Source: Phoronis australis
Lineage: Eukaryota > Animalia > Phoronida
Length of the DNA stretch: 64,000 nucleotides
NCBI GenBank assembly: GCA_002633005.1
Contig: NMRA01000141.1
Location: 796,905-860,904 of the forward strand
Reading direction: 5' to 3'
Positions within the stretch are counted from its first letter, which is position 1, and each line of letters begins with the position of its first letter. Made by a program: the position numbers and the translations under genes. Below are positions 37,955 through 51,846 of this stretch, piece by piece. The notes beneath the pieces are model-generated. The model did no database searches. It worked only from the letters and a program-made list of their open reading frames with translations, and was not told the origin of the DNA.

Positions 37955-40900
37955 ATGCACTTCACAGCGACGCTTTTTGAAATTGTGTTTTCATCTCTAG
38001 TTGTTTCCACAGGTAAGAGTGGCATTTGTTGCTCACTGGTATTTTGGACAGGGCGAGCACGAATCCGCGGATCGTGAGAATCAAATTTTGGCGATGGATA
38101 TATGGTCTCGATGACCAAACACTGAAAAAACATAGACGGCAGACTGACTAGTGTACAAGAGGTCTAGATAAAAATCGCGTCGACTGTAAAAATCCTACGT
38201 GACGCGGCTTTAAAACGTGGTCGCTTCATCTGAGGTTGTAAGTGAGATTTTTTGTGAAGCCTGAGACCATGTGGCTGCTAACACTACTTTGTCTTCTAAA
38301 TTCTTGTTTCACGGTTTTGTTGTCGCGGATTTGACTTAGACTGGTCTAATAACGCAGTCTTGTCGTTCATCTCACTTAATGTTTTTTGTAATCTGAGTAC
38401 CATAGAAAGTAGGCTCGGTAAAGGTGCTAAGTATTTCGCCCTGCTAAGCTGGTTAAAAACGATAATTGAATTAGGCCTTTTTCTCTCATGCCACCGTTCT
38501 CATAATACTCTTTACCGTGATAGGATTGTTTCTCCGGTGTGGACAAGGTCGCCGAAATCATTACCGACTTGAGAAGACGCTTCTCTTCAGGGTATGATAT
38601 TGGGGTTATTAGCCAACTTCAAAAATTGTGAATTCGAAAATGGCGCATGTACTCGATGCCTGTGACTTGGGTTGGAAACGGAAATGGAGTTCTATCGCGA
38701 TAAGGAATTGACGAGACCGATTTTGCGAGAGCGTAATTCGATTTTGGTCAGTTAAAATGTGCGAAATGCAGTTTTAGTTGTTCAAAATCTTTGGCAGGAA
38801 TGGATCTAAGGGGTGAACATTATTATATTACGCGTGCAAATGAATTATTATTCAAAGGGTAAATTAATTTTAACGACGTAGAGTAATTCTTTGTGGCGTA
38901 AATTGACTCTAAATGGCGTAAATTAATTATTTACGTGTGCAAATTACGCACGTAATTAAATTATTTTATGAGAAAATCAGCCGATCATGGTCCGCAAACC
39001 AAATGAGCTGTTCCTTAGAATTCTTTAATTGTATTTCGTTATAAGCCAGGAATAGAGTTTTGGTCATTTCTAGTGTTTCATTTCATTCAGTCCGTAGTGA
39101 ACCAAAGTTCAGGTTCAGATTTTTGAAATCTCGACACCAGTTTGTGAAACGACCGGGAACTCCTAACTACTAAAAATGTTAACGCAGACTTGGGTTTTCA
39201 AAAAAATGTCGTCTTGGTCTTCTGGTGTTGTATTTTGGGATAGCTGGTTTTTCTTGTAAACCTTTTTGTAGACTTCAGCATTTCAAAATTCCATGGGGGT
39301 TAATTATCTGGCACCAAGGAGCAGGAATTGGTTAGCGGATTTGCTGTGTTCCGCAGCAACTGAAACAGTGTCTAAGTTAATAGCGGGAACTTTTTAACAA
39401 GTGCGCGCCGGTTTAACGCTGAAACCTCAGTGCTCTCCGCAAAATAGTAAGACCCGGCACCGTTAGTATGATAATTTCTACTCGGAAAGACTTGTTCTGG
39501 CAGGAGGGAATGTTTGAAATCAATCACGGAAAACTAAAGATAACGAAGCCACAATAACGTAATTAATTTACACGGTTAAGAATCAATTTACCCCGTTAAT
39601 TTAACGCGCGTAACTTTCCAGCCCACATAGCCAACTATCACTTTCCCACAGACCAGGCATGTACTTCTTTGTTTTATAAATAGTGAGTGACCACTTGACT
39701 GTTGTTTAAACATTTGTTGCAGAAGAGTTGTGTAATCAGTGTGCGATTTGCCCTTTTGACCTGACCTTGTAACATGTTTTTGGCGTTTCTCATTGTTTTA
39801 GTCAAACACAAACGGTAAGCTAACGCGTTGTCTTGTGAGTTTTAGTAAGTTTGACTTAGACTTGTTCTAAGCGTTCTGAGCTAAACTCATTTTACATTCG
39901 TGCACCCAGCCTAAAATATAGGGCTGGGGGGGGGGGGGCTTTTTACTGAAAAAACGGGTGTATTTCATTCACACCTATGAATTGTGCATTCGCGCCGAAT
40001 TCCGGTGGACTTTTTTCTCGTTTTCTCGAACTTTTTGTTTTTCTGAGGCAGACCTTTTTGCCCACATCGCCAAATGGGGAGGTTCGTTCGCGCACTCCTG
40101 GGTTCGCTCCCCCCTGGGTTCGCTCATGTTTTAGGTTTAATTTGGCATACCCTTGGTGGGGAACAAAGTCATCTACACCTTTTAACACCGATGTAGATAA
40201 AAAGCTCTTTTTTAATATATATGTTTTCACATTATTTATTATCAATGATAAACAAGTGCAAACAAAGAAGTTCATCCAGTCATTCACGCATGTACACCTC
40301 AGGAAAGACCATACTCGTATCTCGTATAAAGTAAACAACCGTTACATGGAGTTAACGCCAACAATAAAATTTTCCCATTTCCCAGAGAAGCTGTCATAAA
40401 CAAAATTTTTATAGGCAATTTATTTTTCATCATTATAGTACTCATAAGTATATGTAACAAACTTGTGAATATTAGGTATATTTTTGTGACATGTCTCCTT
40501 GTAAATATACTGTTTGGCTATCAAAAGCAAAATGTTAAATAGAAAATCAAGTGTCTCATAAAGTCCAAGAATTACACATTTGTGAGAGAGACAGTTGGGA
40601 AGCTGAATGAGACTCTTTTGAAGTAGTTTTCCGAAGTCCTTCCAAAAATCTTGGCGCAGTACTGTAGACTGAATATGAACAAGAACGTGAGGCTGAGACC
40701 AAAGTTAATTTATTGCATAATTGTATGTATCTGAAGCCTGGTCTGTAGTTGCAAAGATATTTTATTCACAAGTTGACGTAATTGCTATAACGCAGCAGTT
40801 GCACTACTTGTTCATCCAATAGGACGTCAAGGGGATTTATCTTGAGGAGCACCATTATTACTGACTTGAAACTGTGACTATGAGTTGAAGAAAGCGTTGT

Positions 40901-43250
40901 TACGAGCATCACCGAAGGCGTAATCGAGAACTAAGGCAAATTGTTATCCCATGACGCAGCAATGCCGCGGGGCACCAAATATCCTATCCAAAAGGATTAC
41001 GTTGCTCATTATAGGTTATCGGAGAGTTTCGCATTATTCTAAAGCTTTTTTGAAACAGTCCCAGTATATCGTAATTGTCTTTAAAGTGTACTCGCATTTC
41101 GTATTGCAAAGAAAGTTGATGTAGCACATTGTTTATCTTGTCTGTTCTATCCAATCTCCAACCTACTGTAATTATGACCCGTTGGTATGTTCAGCTGAAA
41201 CCCATCACCATGATCCAGGCACTTGCTATTGTACTAAAGCATTAGTATTGCTATTTCAAAAGACTATATGACACGCATTGTACTTGGAAGTAAAATGGAA
41301 GTCTGGGCCTCCTTGGAGTGGAACTTTTGAATTTTATTTTAAAATTCCCACGGGTCAATAAAATACCGAGTGCTTGCTCTATGTGCAAGTGTACTTGTGG
41401 TGTGTAAGTACGGGCGGGCAGTCTGTGTTATTGCATGTACTTGTATGTATGTTTTGCTTTGTTTGAGTTTGTGAATGGACAAGTGCGCATTGAGTATTCC
41501 ATTTATTAGATATTCTGACCACCAGAGGAGTTTTGTTTCTCGCTAACATGTCAGACTCGAGTACAATCCTGAACTGCCAGGTTTTGTGGGTCACCTAGAG
41601 AAGCGTGAGAGGTGTTTCTAAAAGGAAAGAAATATTCCATCTACTGCCTTCAAGACATCCACCTGAGAATAATGAATGCAATTTTAATTCCTGGAATGTT
41701 GCGGTTTTACTATTTAAGCAAATATTTCTGAATTTTAAATTCTTAAATTTAGTTCCGATGACAACGGTTGTACTATTAATGGGATGATTAATTGTATACG
41801 GATTCCCTTGACAATCTAGATTTTTTCGAAAGATTTCTTAAGTTTACCTGAAAATTTGTAATCGTTATGGAAACAATAAATCATAGCAATTTAGGGTAAA
41901 TAAACTGTGTGAGATGTGTGAGTGAGCGTGTGAACGAAAATCTTGGCTTTGGTTTCGAAAATACAAAAACTGAATTAAAATTGAGCTATGAATTTCACAA
42001 ATTTAAACATTGCTCACAGCTCCAAATGCACACGAGATGGCATAATCCCAAAAAATCACTCCAAAGTGTCACTACTGAGTAAGCACTGACGTCATCATTG
42101 ATATTATGCAAGTTACATTAGAGAAGTGGATACGATGCATGTCGTACTGGCACACGCCAAATCGACTGTTCTTTTGTTCCAGCGATGGGAATACAATGCT
42201 TTCAATGTGCCACTTCGTTAGACAACACCGACTGCCAGGACCCACTGAACGCCACCCTTGTTGACAACATAGATCAAGCTATGTGCGCGTCACCGACCTC
42301 CATGTGCTCCAAGTTCGCCGTGACTGTTGGCGCACCCAAAAACGACGAGGACGCGGAAAGTGAAGAGGAGGACGAAGGTATTGCTGCAAGTAACCAAGGC
42401 AACGCTCGCCGAGATCTCGGAATGAGCTTACTTTTAACACATGAATTTTAAGTGTTGTAAATTATGTTTTAGTATTTTTATTTTTTAAAAGAATTTCTGA
42501 CAGAGCAACACCACGGTGTTCTTATACGTTGCATGAACCGAAATTGTCTACCATGAAATGGACTGGAATTCTAAAAACGGTCGTGCGGCAGTTACAAGCA
42601 ACTCCATGAGCAAGGCATGAAGCAAATGCGAAATATCGGTCCTTCTAAAAGCCCAGAAAACATTTTTTCTAATCTCATTTACGGTAAAGACTAGGCCGGT
42701 TTTATTGTGTAAAAGTTATTCGACAGAAGGCGTCCGTTTATTGCCCATTGGTTGTGCCCGGGGTAATGGGGGGCATAGAACGAACGCCACGCGGAATGTT
42801 CCAGTTTAGGAACAATTACGGCTCACACAAGCTGAGACAATGTAAACCCAATCGAATTTAACTAAAAGATCGATCTAATTAGTTAAAACATGTTTGCGAT
42901 TTGAAATAAAATCAAAACCAAGCAAAAACTTTGGTCTAAACCAACAACTTTAAGAAGGTTTTACCATCCAAAACTGATCCCCCAAAATGCGTTTTCGGTC
43001 GTCTTGTGAATTCACCGTTTGTGTATCTACTTTTGTTTCAGAAACCATGCCGGTTTACAGTTCCGTGGCGCGATTTTGTGGTGGCATTACTGGAATAGAA
43101 GCCGGCGAGTGCAAACAGTTGGTCTATAACGGCATAAGTGGCCTGGCATGCACCTGCGAGGGTGACCTATGTAATGCTGCCCAAGACATCAAAGGAATCC
43201 TATTTGTAGTCGCAACGACAATCGTCAGCGTACTAACACCAGTGCTGTAA
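37955..43250 (+). CDS. Ly6/uPAR (Quiver/sleepless-like) three-finger protein, probably GPI-anchored. Exons 37955-38012, 42183-42377, 43042-43250; about 153 aa
   Basis: Hydrophobic signal exon MHFTATLFEIVFSSLVVST (phase 1 gtaaga donor), IQCFQC start, 10 cysteines ending CTCEGDLCN, then small residues and a hydrophobic tail. Exon 1 assignment is inferred from phase and hydrophobicity. Confidence 0.85.
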
Positions 43251-44434
43251 ACATACACTCAACAGGACTTTACATGTGTAAACACAGCTCGCATTACGAA
43301 TTTGTATTGCCCATTTGAGTCAACGGCAAGTCCTCTGAACAATCTTTCAAACGTGACCAAGACCAGAATTGGCAACTAAGACGACTTCTTGTTGCTGGTT
43401 ATTTTCTTGACTAACATTTGAAATCCAAATCAAAAGTCAACAATCGACAACAAATTGTCTAATGGTTCATTGAAGGTACATGCCGTAACCAATTACAGAA
43501 GTAGCATTATACCCTTTGGAGTGGTGGAAGTGAAGGGTGAATGGGAAAATTCAAGTTGCAAAGTCAAGAATACTAGTACACAGTGCTTGTTTTTGCGTTT
43601 TTTGTTGTTAACACGTATTTGATATGTCAAGTGGACATTACACTGTGCTTGCTAACCAATAGCCATTTTCTGACACCACCCCGACATGAGATATGTCTTG
43701 TCACTAGATGGCGATACGGTAGTTGATGGACAGGGTTGTCTTTTTGAACAAGGATGAAATGCAGTGCAATCTCTAAGTGAATTTTTTTTCATCACCATGA
43801 CATCAAATTACCACTCTTGTGCAGTGTCATGTTCATATAGTTGGTCTAAAATGTGCAAGTGTTGAAATGTTGGTAAATGAAAGAAACTGCCTTTTATTCC
43901 TGTCAACTCTGCCGGTCTTGCACACCAGAATTAGAAATTGGTTTAAGTCACAGTGAGTTTCCTGTTATCACAATCCACAATGCTAAAAAATTGCACCTTG
44001 AATGTTTGTAGTAACAAAATATCTTTTTTCCACAGTAGTCAAAGAACTGACACAGAGTTTAGTGAGCTGCAGGCCCATGTCACTGCAAATTTCTCAGATT
44101 ATAACCTTGATATGTAGTTAGGCATTATATCTTTAGTCAGAGATAACCAATAAACGATTAATTTACCAATTTATTTTAACTCCTACCTGGTATAAATATT
44201 CCAATCACTAAACAATGCACACATCACAACAACACACACAAGTGTTAACAAATCTTCCAAGCATGTCACTGGCTTCTTGTTTTTCAGGAGATGACTTTTC
44301 CTAAGTTCACTATTCGTGGTGCATGATGTCTGCCGTGACACCATCTTGAATAATTCGTTTAGCAAAGGTAGTGTCCATGCTTATCTCGGTCAAATCCTCA
44401 CAATGTTCATACGGCTAACTACTGGTGATTGATA

Positions 44435-47400
44435 CTACTGGGTTGGCGTTAGTCCTACTTCTTTAGCTAATGCGTTCAATTCCGCTGTAAAATAAAACCA
44501 TGTAGTATGTATCAGTCATGGACAGGTTGACCTTAAGGAATAAATTGGTAATAAACAAGATTGAAAATCTGCCACACTATAAATGTTGGGCATTAACACT
44601 GATGGACACTCCTTCCACCATTGTCATGACATGCTTTCAGCTCACTCCAAATCAGCTTTGTAGCAGCCCAAGGAAATTATGACACTGATAGCTAGGACAC
44701 ACGTTTTTATGAAGTGTGACTTCGACAATTTGATATTAAAGTGCCTTCCATCAGAATAGCGAAAGATAGATAAAACAAGTAATGAAATAACAGACCAATG
44801 AATTGAAAAGCAGTCATGAATAGACAGTTAAGTAGGTATAAAATTTTAGTGGTACAACCCTCAAAAGTCACCAAGGAAAGACCCAAGGCAGTTAATGCAA
44901 AGAACACAGACTGCCACTGCAAATTAAATGGAAAGACTAGGGTTCCAAGAAACTGACCTAAGTTCATTTTTGAATTAATTCTGATTCATTTCGACTTTCA
45001 AACTTTGAAACTTGCACACAGGGAAGAAATGAAGACAACAACTTAGTTAAAAACTCAAGTTAAACTTAACATTAAAAATCTCTTCCTCGAAACGGACTTG
45101 AGACAAATTTAAGTTTTATATTAAAAAATTGACTAAAATTTAAGATTTGTCTTTAGCCAAGTCAGTTTTCCTGGAACGTACCCCTGAGACAGAAAATACA
45201 GTGAACACAAACCTCCGTATCAAAATAACTTGCTGGTTTGAAAAGCTTATGATAAACAAAGTGTTTTGATGGAAATGCTCAGTATCTCTCACGACTTCTC
45301 TGTATCTCTAAACACTGGAGTAGACACACCCGATATACACTAAATTCCACAGCTAGACATCAAGCCATCACTGACAGTGCCCTCAATCACCCGAGGGGAA
45401 AGGTGCCTGTGCCTACTGAGAGGGGAAATATCAGAGTGGGGGTGGGGGGATTCTACCCCCCCAATCACCGTCCATAGCATCCCCACCCCTGTTGCAAACC
45501 TCCATAGGCTCTGCCTCAAGTAGCCAAGACTAACTTTTTGTGCTCATTCAAATTGTCACCTGTGGGAGTTGCAAGTGACTTGAACCTCGAAGGAAATTTT
45601 TCAATCGATTGAGGAAAATTTTTGAGCCTCATGAGGGGAATTTTGTGCAAATTTTTCAACATTTTCAGACGGGAACGGGGCCGATGTTTGGCCCCGAAAT
45701 CGAAAGATTGAGGCCCCTGACTGAAAACCTCCACATTGCCAATTAACCCACCTGTTTCAGCATTCTTCCTCTCCATAGCTAGCCTGGCAGCACGCTCTTC
45801 TTTCTTCCTTTGTATCTCAACCTGAAGCACCTCTTCCTTGGCTGACAAGCTCTCTGAAGACAGCAAAAGACAATTTTTTTACAGTGGATCTGCGCACTGG
45901 CACAGCAGTCAAAATACCTGTGCTACATAGCATGACCATACTGGGAAGACAAGCGTGGTTGTAGCAAGACGTCAAAAGCCTAATTGTGTATACACCTACT
46001 TTGTACTAAATAACTTGATATGAATATTTACAATCAGGCACACCAGGAAATCAGTATATTCAAGACGTGGTTGCCCAGACCCTTAAAGAACTTAAAACAT
46101 ATAACATATAAATAATTACACAAAATTCTACAACAGATGGTGCCCAGCATCCAGAACTCCTCTTGGATGTAAATGTGTCAGTGATCACAACCACATATTT
46201 AGTGGCACTTGCGACAGGTTCAAATGGTCAGAGTCGAAAAGTTGCTAACCAGAATGAATAACCAACTTAACCTTTAGCTAACAATACTGAAACTGAATAA
46301 ATGGCAAGAGGACGACAAGGCAAACATGAGCCACCATGCGCTTCTGGGACTTTAGCTAGCGTTTGCATACTTTTAACACATTTGGTTTTCAGTTGCAGAG
46401 TACACTGAGTGGGTTGTTCCTTTGAAGCACCCAGGAGAATTTATTCCAAAGTATTTTTAAAAAGGACATCTCTATCAGTGATCAGTACGAATGCACTCTT
46501 ACAACTTGCCAAATAATCATCAACCTGTAATATCACACAAGTTATACTGAAAACATTAACACTTGACTTTGTTTAACAAGTCACCATTGATGTCACAATA
46601 AATAGCCATCAGCAAATGACAACCTTGCTGGTTGATAATAGATTCTGATTTATTGTTGAGATGTTGTTGTCCACTACACACTCTTTACATTTATTAACCC
46701 CGAGTACAGTGATAATTGGGCAGAGTTAAAATTGCTGCCAAGATATCAAATCCTTCAAAACCTACTCACTAGCGGTGCTGATGGTCGTTTTTCAAATGCG
46801 TTGTTGTCGGCTCGTAAACATCCGCTGATATCAAACTGGGTTGCATTTCATAGGTCCGCAAGAATTAGTAAGTAAAGCAAGTGTGATCATACCCTTCCCT
46901 TCAAAAATGCATGGCGACATCTTGTGAAGTCATGCATAGTCTTGTGAAGTCATGCATAGTCTTGTGAAGTCATGCATAGTCTTGTGTTGTTACAACTTAA
47001 TCTACAGGAAGCAGACCTGGCATCAGAGGTGGTGAGATTTAACTTCAACTTGATTGGATGGTGCATGGCTCGAGAATAGTTCGGACATTTGCTTAACGTC
47101 TATGTATTCATACAATGCATATATAGCTCCCTTCAATTTTTGTATTGTTTCCTACTCGTAGCAAAGCGCATGTTGCACTTGACTCAAACTTACAATTATG
47201 GAGAGCTCACGTGACAAGTGCACTTTTTTCGCCATATTTTGCTCCAAGTCACCAAGTTTTCCATGATGCCACCGGATGTTTACAACTGTCCCATTACGCA
47301 CTTGAAAAACAACAGCAGTGTTGTAAATGAAATCCCCCAAATTCTAGCCTCAGATGCATTGAATGAACTTAACCCAGCTCACAATGTAATCGGGTAAATG

Positions 47401-50400
47401 TGAAATGGTAAATCCCAAATCAAATAAACTATGGTGCTGTGTGCATATTATCTGCTAGCGTATACTTACTTAACCGTGACGAGCCATACAGAAATCCACC
47501 CACAAGGGCACTCCACCGGCAAAACTGGAAAAAGGCAGAACAGGTTTGAAAATCTGAAAATGAAACTGTCCTATGCCTACAGACCAATAACTCATCATGC
47601 AGAGGCAGAATATGGGACACGAGGAATACAAGGCATTCAGTAGTGAGGAGCAGCTGATGGTCTCAGTCACCTGCAAACATACGTGACACTGCCCTTTGTG
47701 GGTAAAAACAATTACTTAATAGACCTTTATACACATGAGGGGAAATGCGCGTGAGCATTCTTATAAGGGAATTTTTCACACGATGGGGACCCTTTCAGGC
47801 AAGAGATTGCAGACTAAGTTAAACTATGCAAGTAGGCGGGTTTGATTTACATTAAACAATGACATTTAATAGTGAAGAAACAGCAAAGAAGACCAATGTT
47901 TAAAGTCGCTATCAACCACGTTCTGGTGTTGAAAGCATCTATTGTCTCCACTAGCATATTTGTATTTACCAGTTGTCTGTACATTGCACACTAAATTGCC
48001 TGAAATTCCTCAGACGGCCACACTGCAACAGAACCAAAACCTTGCGGGTGTGTTCTTACCGTGCTTGTTAACATGAGCACGGTAAGAACGGACTATAAGT
48101 TCTTCTCAAGCCCAGAAATCATTTCACAATCTGAGTAAGGAACATGGTGAGGCCTATTTTATAGCAGTGCATCACCAAAGTCAAAAGACTTTTGACAGCA
48201 GGCGCAGATTCATTGTCCTTTGATTGAATGACAGAAAGACCGATTGTCTTTGCCCTTGACTTACAGTTTAACTCATTCTTCTTGACAGCAATACATCACT
48301 CAAATTGTTAAGAGCATCTCACCCAATGCTAGAGCGAGCAAAGCAAAATACCAATTTGATAAGAAACACATAAAAACAGTTTCAAATGATTTTCACTCGT
48401 CACTCGGACCTTCAGATGATGAGTATTGGCTACTCGCCTGATTATGCATACGGCTAGACAGTGCCACCGTCTTGACTGGCTGCAGAGACGGTGAAGCTCC
48501 CATAGGAGCTGGAAGCTCTTTGGCGAATTATGCCACACAGTGATTGTTAGTGACTTTTGCATATAGAAGCTAGACTCCTGCCAACCACTCGCCATTGGCG
48601 AATTCTGAATGGCACAGGCGATGTTAGACCTAAGTCTGATCGCCAACTTGGCGAGTTCGCAACAAATTCGCGGTCAAAGCACAAAAATCTTCCCAAAAAG
48701 CCGATGCGTACTATCTATTATGTCCCACGGAAATAGCTGATTTGTCACGGAAAGTCACGACATCGATAACTCCACACTAAGCCAGACCATTTTGTAACCT
48801 TCCATGATGTAACCTTTCATTTGTAACTCATCGGATAATTCTGTTCCGTACTTGACCTTGAACCGACTAGCGTGGGACAAAACAGATACTACGCATCGGC
48901 TTTTCAGGAGATTTTTGTGCTTTGACCGTGAATTTTTTGCTTACTCGCTGGAGCAGGACACCGTTAATGGTATTAGAAGAAAGAACAATTGCTCATGGTT
49001 TGTTGAATCCCTGTTTTGTGTAAATTTATTGACTTTTGTGTTTGATATGGATGGCTGAAGTGAAGCACCCGAGGACTTCATAGTCACGAGTGTCATACTT
49101 TGTAATATAATAAATGTAGTGTATTGGGGATGATCAAAAGCTGAGAACACCTGTGGTTGGAAGTATACCGATCACATAGCTAGCACTTGCACACGCCTTT
49201 TATTGTACTTGCTTAGGCTTAAGCCACTGGATCGGTGTTCCCTTGATTTTGTTTAGTTCGATCACTGTCCATTTTCATAATAAAATGCATCTTCTGAAGT
49301 CAAAGGTGGTCGCTATACCTGATAACTGTAAACTGAAAGGGCTTTCCCAACTTCCAGCCAATGACAAGCCAATGCCAATGGTAATGACTGAATGTTATGC
49401 CGCCGGTTTCATTAATTTAACCAATGAGAAGCCATGTTAAACAGCATTTGACAGTGCTACCTTTCATAACACAGCGAAAGAGTGTAGGTGATGTTTTACT
49501 AAGAGTGTAGCATAATTCGCCGAAAAGCTTCTGGCGTATAGACTTTATTCACGCGGCGGACATTAAAATCTAAAGCGAGGCTCACTGCAATAAACAAAGC
49601 GGAAATTTACATTGCGCGAGTTAAATGGCCGGTCTTTGGAGTCCAACCTGAATATTAAATCTTAAAAAATGTGTCAGTAATTAACCACAGAGACGTTGAA
49701 AAATACAGTTAAAGAACAAGTCAATGCACCAAAGAGTTGTCTGACGAAAGGATATAGTTTTTTCCGGAAAACTAAGTTCGAAACATGAAAAGTAAACATG
49801 ACCAAATTGCGGCGATCGTAGTGTTACGGATTAGGTATCATGCTGAATGCAGGGTTACATTTCTTCTAATAAATTCTTAATAAAAATGCTTTCTACACGA
49901 ACCAGGTCATCTGGTCGTATTGTTGACGAGTTGAAGATATATACGACAGTGGTGGCTCATAGCATTTTGCTGTCATGTGCAATTAGTCTCATCTGGTTTA
50001 ATTTGTTGATCAAGAGTAGGCCTATTAGCTTTTAGCACAGCCTAGGTCCTGGTGAGGTAGGCACTACCGGGACTAACAGTTGATTTGTCATTGATCTGAA
50101 ATAATACTTGATGTTATTAAATATATATTTTGATTACGATAAAAAACCAGGCTCGCAATTGCCAGAAAATTATATGACCATCAATTCTGCTTTCTTGGTT
50201 TTAATAATTAGGTCTATTTCATGTGTTATATTTTTCAAATATCAATCTCGACCAAGTTGAATTTTAAAATTATAACACCTAATTCTTTCGTCCAAAGCAA
50301 AATCTTGTTTTAGAGCTCAATTTCAGTTAACCGGACAGAACACAGAGGCAGATTTAGAGGGGAGCCAAGGGGTTATGCCCCAGCTCCCTAAAATTCTCCC

Positions 50401-51846
50401 AGATTCCATTTGGCAGTTCAAGGGCGCGAATTTCTGACGGGCAAAATCCTGGCTAATACTCTGCCTTTCCCCCCCAACTCAAAGTCCTGGATCCCCCCTG
50501 GAACAAGCATTGTTATCATGTTTCTTCAGAGGCCTCGTTCATATCCGAGGGGAAATGTGCCTCATGTGTGTACGGCCTTCTGAGAGGGGAACGTTTCGCC
50601 GAGTGACGGGTCAGTGAAAAATCTACTGACCTCCGGATCACCATCAATAGCACCCCGCCTTTTTGCAAGCTCTCATAGCTCTGTCTCAAGTAGCATTTTC
50701 AGTGGCTGATCTAGGATACCATATAGGCCTAGTGAGGGGGGCCCCCGACATCCTCGGAGAAGCGGGCAAAGCACGATTGTATGCACGCAGGCAGCCCGGA
50801 AGTTGCGGGCGCCGAGGATGTATACCTTCTGCTCAGGAAATCTGTCGTTGGACTAAAAAAAAATAAAACGGAACATGTTTTCCCCCCTCGTCCGCTACCG
50901 GTCCTAGCTCAAACTCAGTACAAGTTTCCTCCTGCTTCACGTTTTGCTGGTTTATTTTGCTTGCGGCAGTCAAGGGGGGGCAGGGGCCCGGCCCCCCCCC
51001 TAAATCCGCCTATAATTTTGTACTTTTTCAAATTGTCACCTCTGTGGTCACAGGTGATTTGAACCATTGGAAAGAAATTTTCAATCACAAAGCCAAAGGG
51101 GATTTTTAGGCCTCGTGGCCGGGAATTTCGCGCGAGTTTTCAATATTTTTGATAGGGGAATAGGGCCGATATTTGGCCCCAAAATTGAGGGATTGAGGGC
51201 CCTGTCCTTTTTGTAAAGAAAAATGCATCGCGCTTTAACCAATAGTCATGAAAACACAGCCTGGCTGGCTGAAGATTCTCCAGTCCTCGTTCAGCTATGG
51301 CAGCATCCAGTCCCAGATGCGACAAATTATGATTCGAAAACAACAATAAATTTTACATGGACATATTTTCCTTCGTTGCGGCATATGGCAAGGACCCAAC
51401 GCTTCCAAATCGTCCTTAGGGATTGTAAAACAGAGTGTCCGTATTAATTTTTTTCTAGCTGTTCCAGCAACGCGGAGTACAACTACTCGGATAAGCCACC
51501 AGAGCTATCATAGCGAGCCTCGTTTTGGAACGCGCCTGCTGTCGGCGTGAATAGGGTCTATGAAGCTCCGTAGAGGAGCTTCACAAAGCTCCGCAGAGGA
51601 GCTTTTCACATTCTCTACTCGGCCATTCGACTTCGAGAGACGAGACGGTCGATGGCACAGTCTAGCACACTGAATGCGACCACATATTTTTGTGGACGCA
51701 TAAAAATAAATGACAGTAAGACATTCAATCCTATAATGCTTTTACTCTAGTATACCTTAAATTTAAATTAACTACGTGCAACATCACACCAATAAACTTA
51801 CTCGAATAAACGGAGAAACAGCTTTTGGTGCAGCGAGGGTGGCCAT
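44435..51846 (-). CDS. ATP5ME: Mitochondrial ATP synthase subunit e. Exons 51846-51802, 47524-47470, 45853-45752, 44484-44435; 83 aa
   Basis: MATLAAPKAVSPFIR|FCRWSALVGGFLYGSSRL|KSLSAKEEVLQVEIQRKKEERAARLAMERKNAET|AELNALAKEVGLTPTQ*: VSP-IR..R(W/Y)SAL, GxxxG transmembrane motif and coiled-coil tail. Canonical splice sites with matching phases. Confidence 0.92.
45375..45719. mobile_element. Dispersed ~350-bp element, related copy at ~50527-51205
   Basis: Shared ccgaggggaaa-gtgcct, ctgagagggga, ctctg-ctcaagtagc, ttcaaattgtcacct, ccgat-tttggcccc-aaat-ga...gattgagg-ccctg. Confidence 0.7.
46921..46985. repeat. 20-bp tandem repeat x3
   Basis: cttgtgaagtcatgcatagt repeated exactly three times. Confidence 0.9.
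48655..49160. mobile_element. Diverged copy of the foldback family centre and arm, in ATP5ME intron 1
   Basis: cggtcaaagcacaaaaatct pairs with agatttttgtgctttgaccg; shares aagaacaatt..tcatggtttgttga and gtgaagcaccc with 23700 and 53525. Confidence 0.75.
50700..51013. mobile_element. CAGTGGC..ATCTAGG-type TIR element nested inside the 50527-51205 element
   Basis: Ends cagtggctgatctagg and cctaaatccgcctata, flanked by ATTTT on both sides; the host copy at 45375-45719 lacks it. Confidence 0.7.

Noticed and set aside
38268-38333. Alternative signal-peptide exon MWLLTLLCLL for the Ly6-like gene
   Set aside because: No good phase 1 donor; the 37955-38012 exon has a strong gtaaga donor in the right phase.
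39943-40399. Overlapping 131-aa and 140-aa ORFs
   Set aside because: Intronic, repeat-like sequence with no recognisable protein features.
46770-46824. Extra ATP5ME exon with AG/GT-like ends
   Set aside because: Its 55-nt length breaks the frame, and the four-exon model already yields a complete subunit e.
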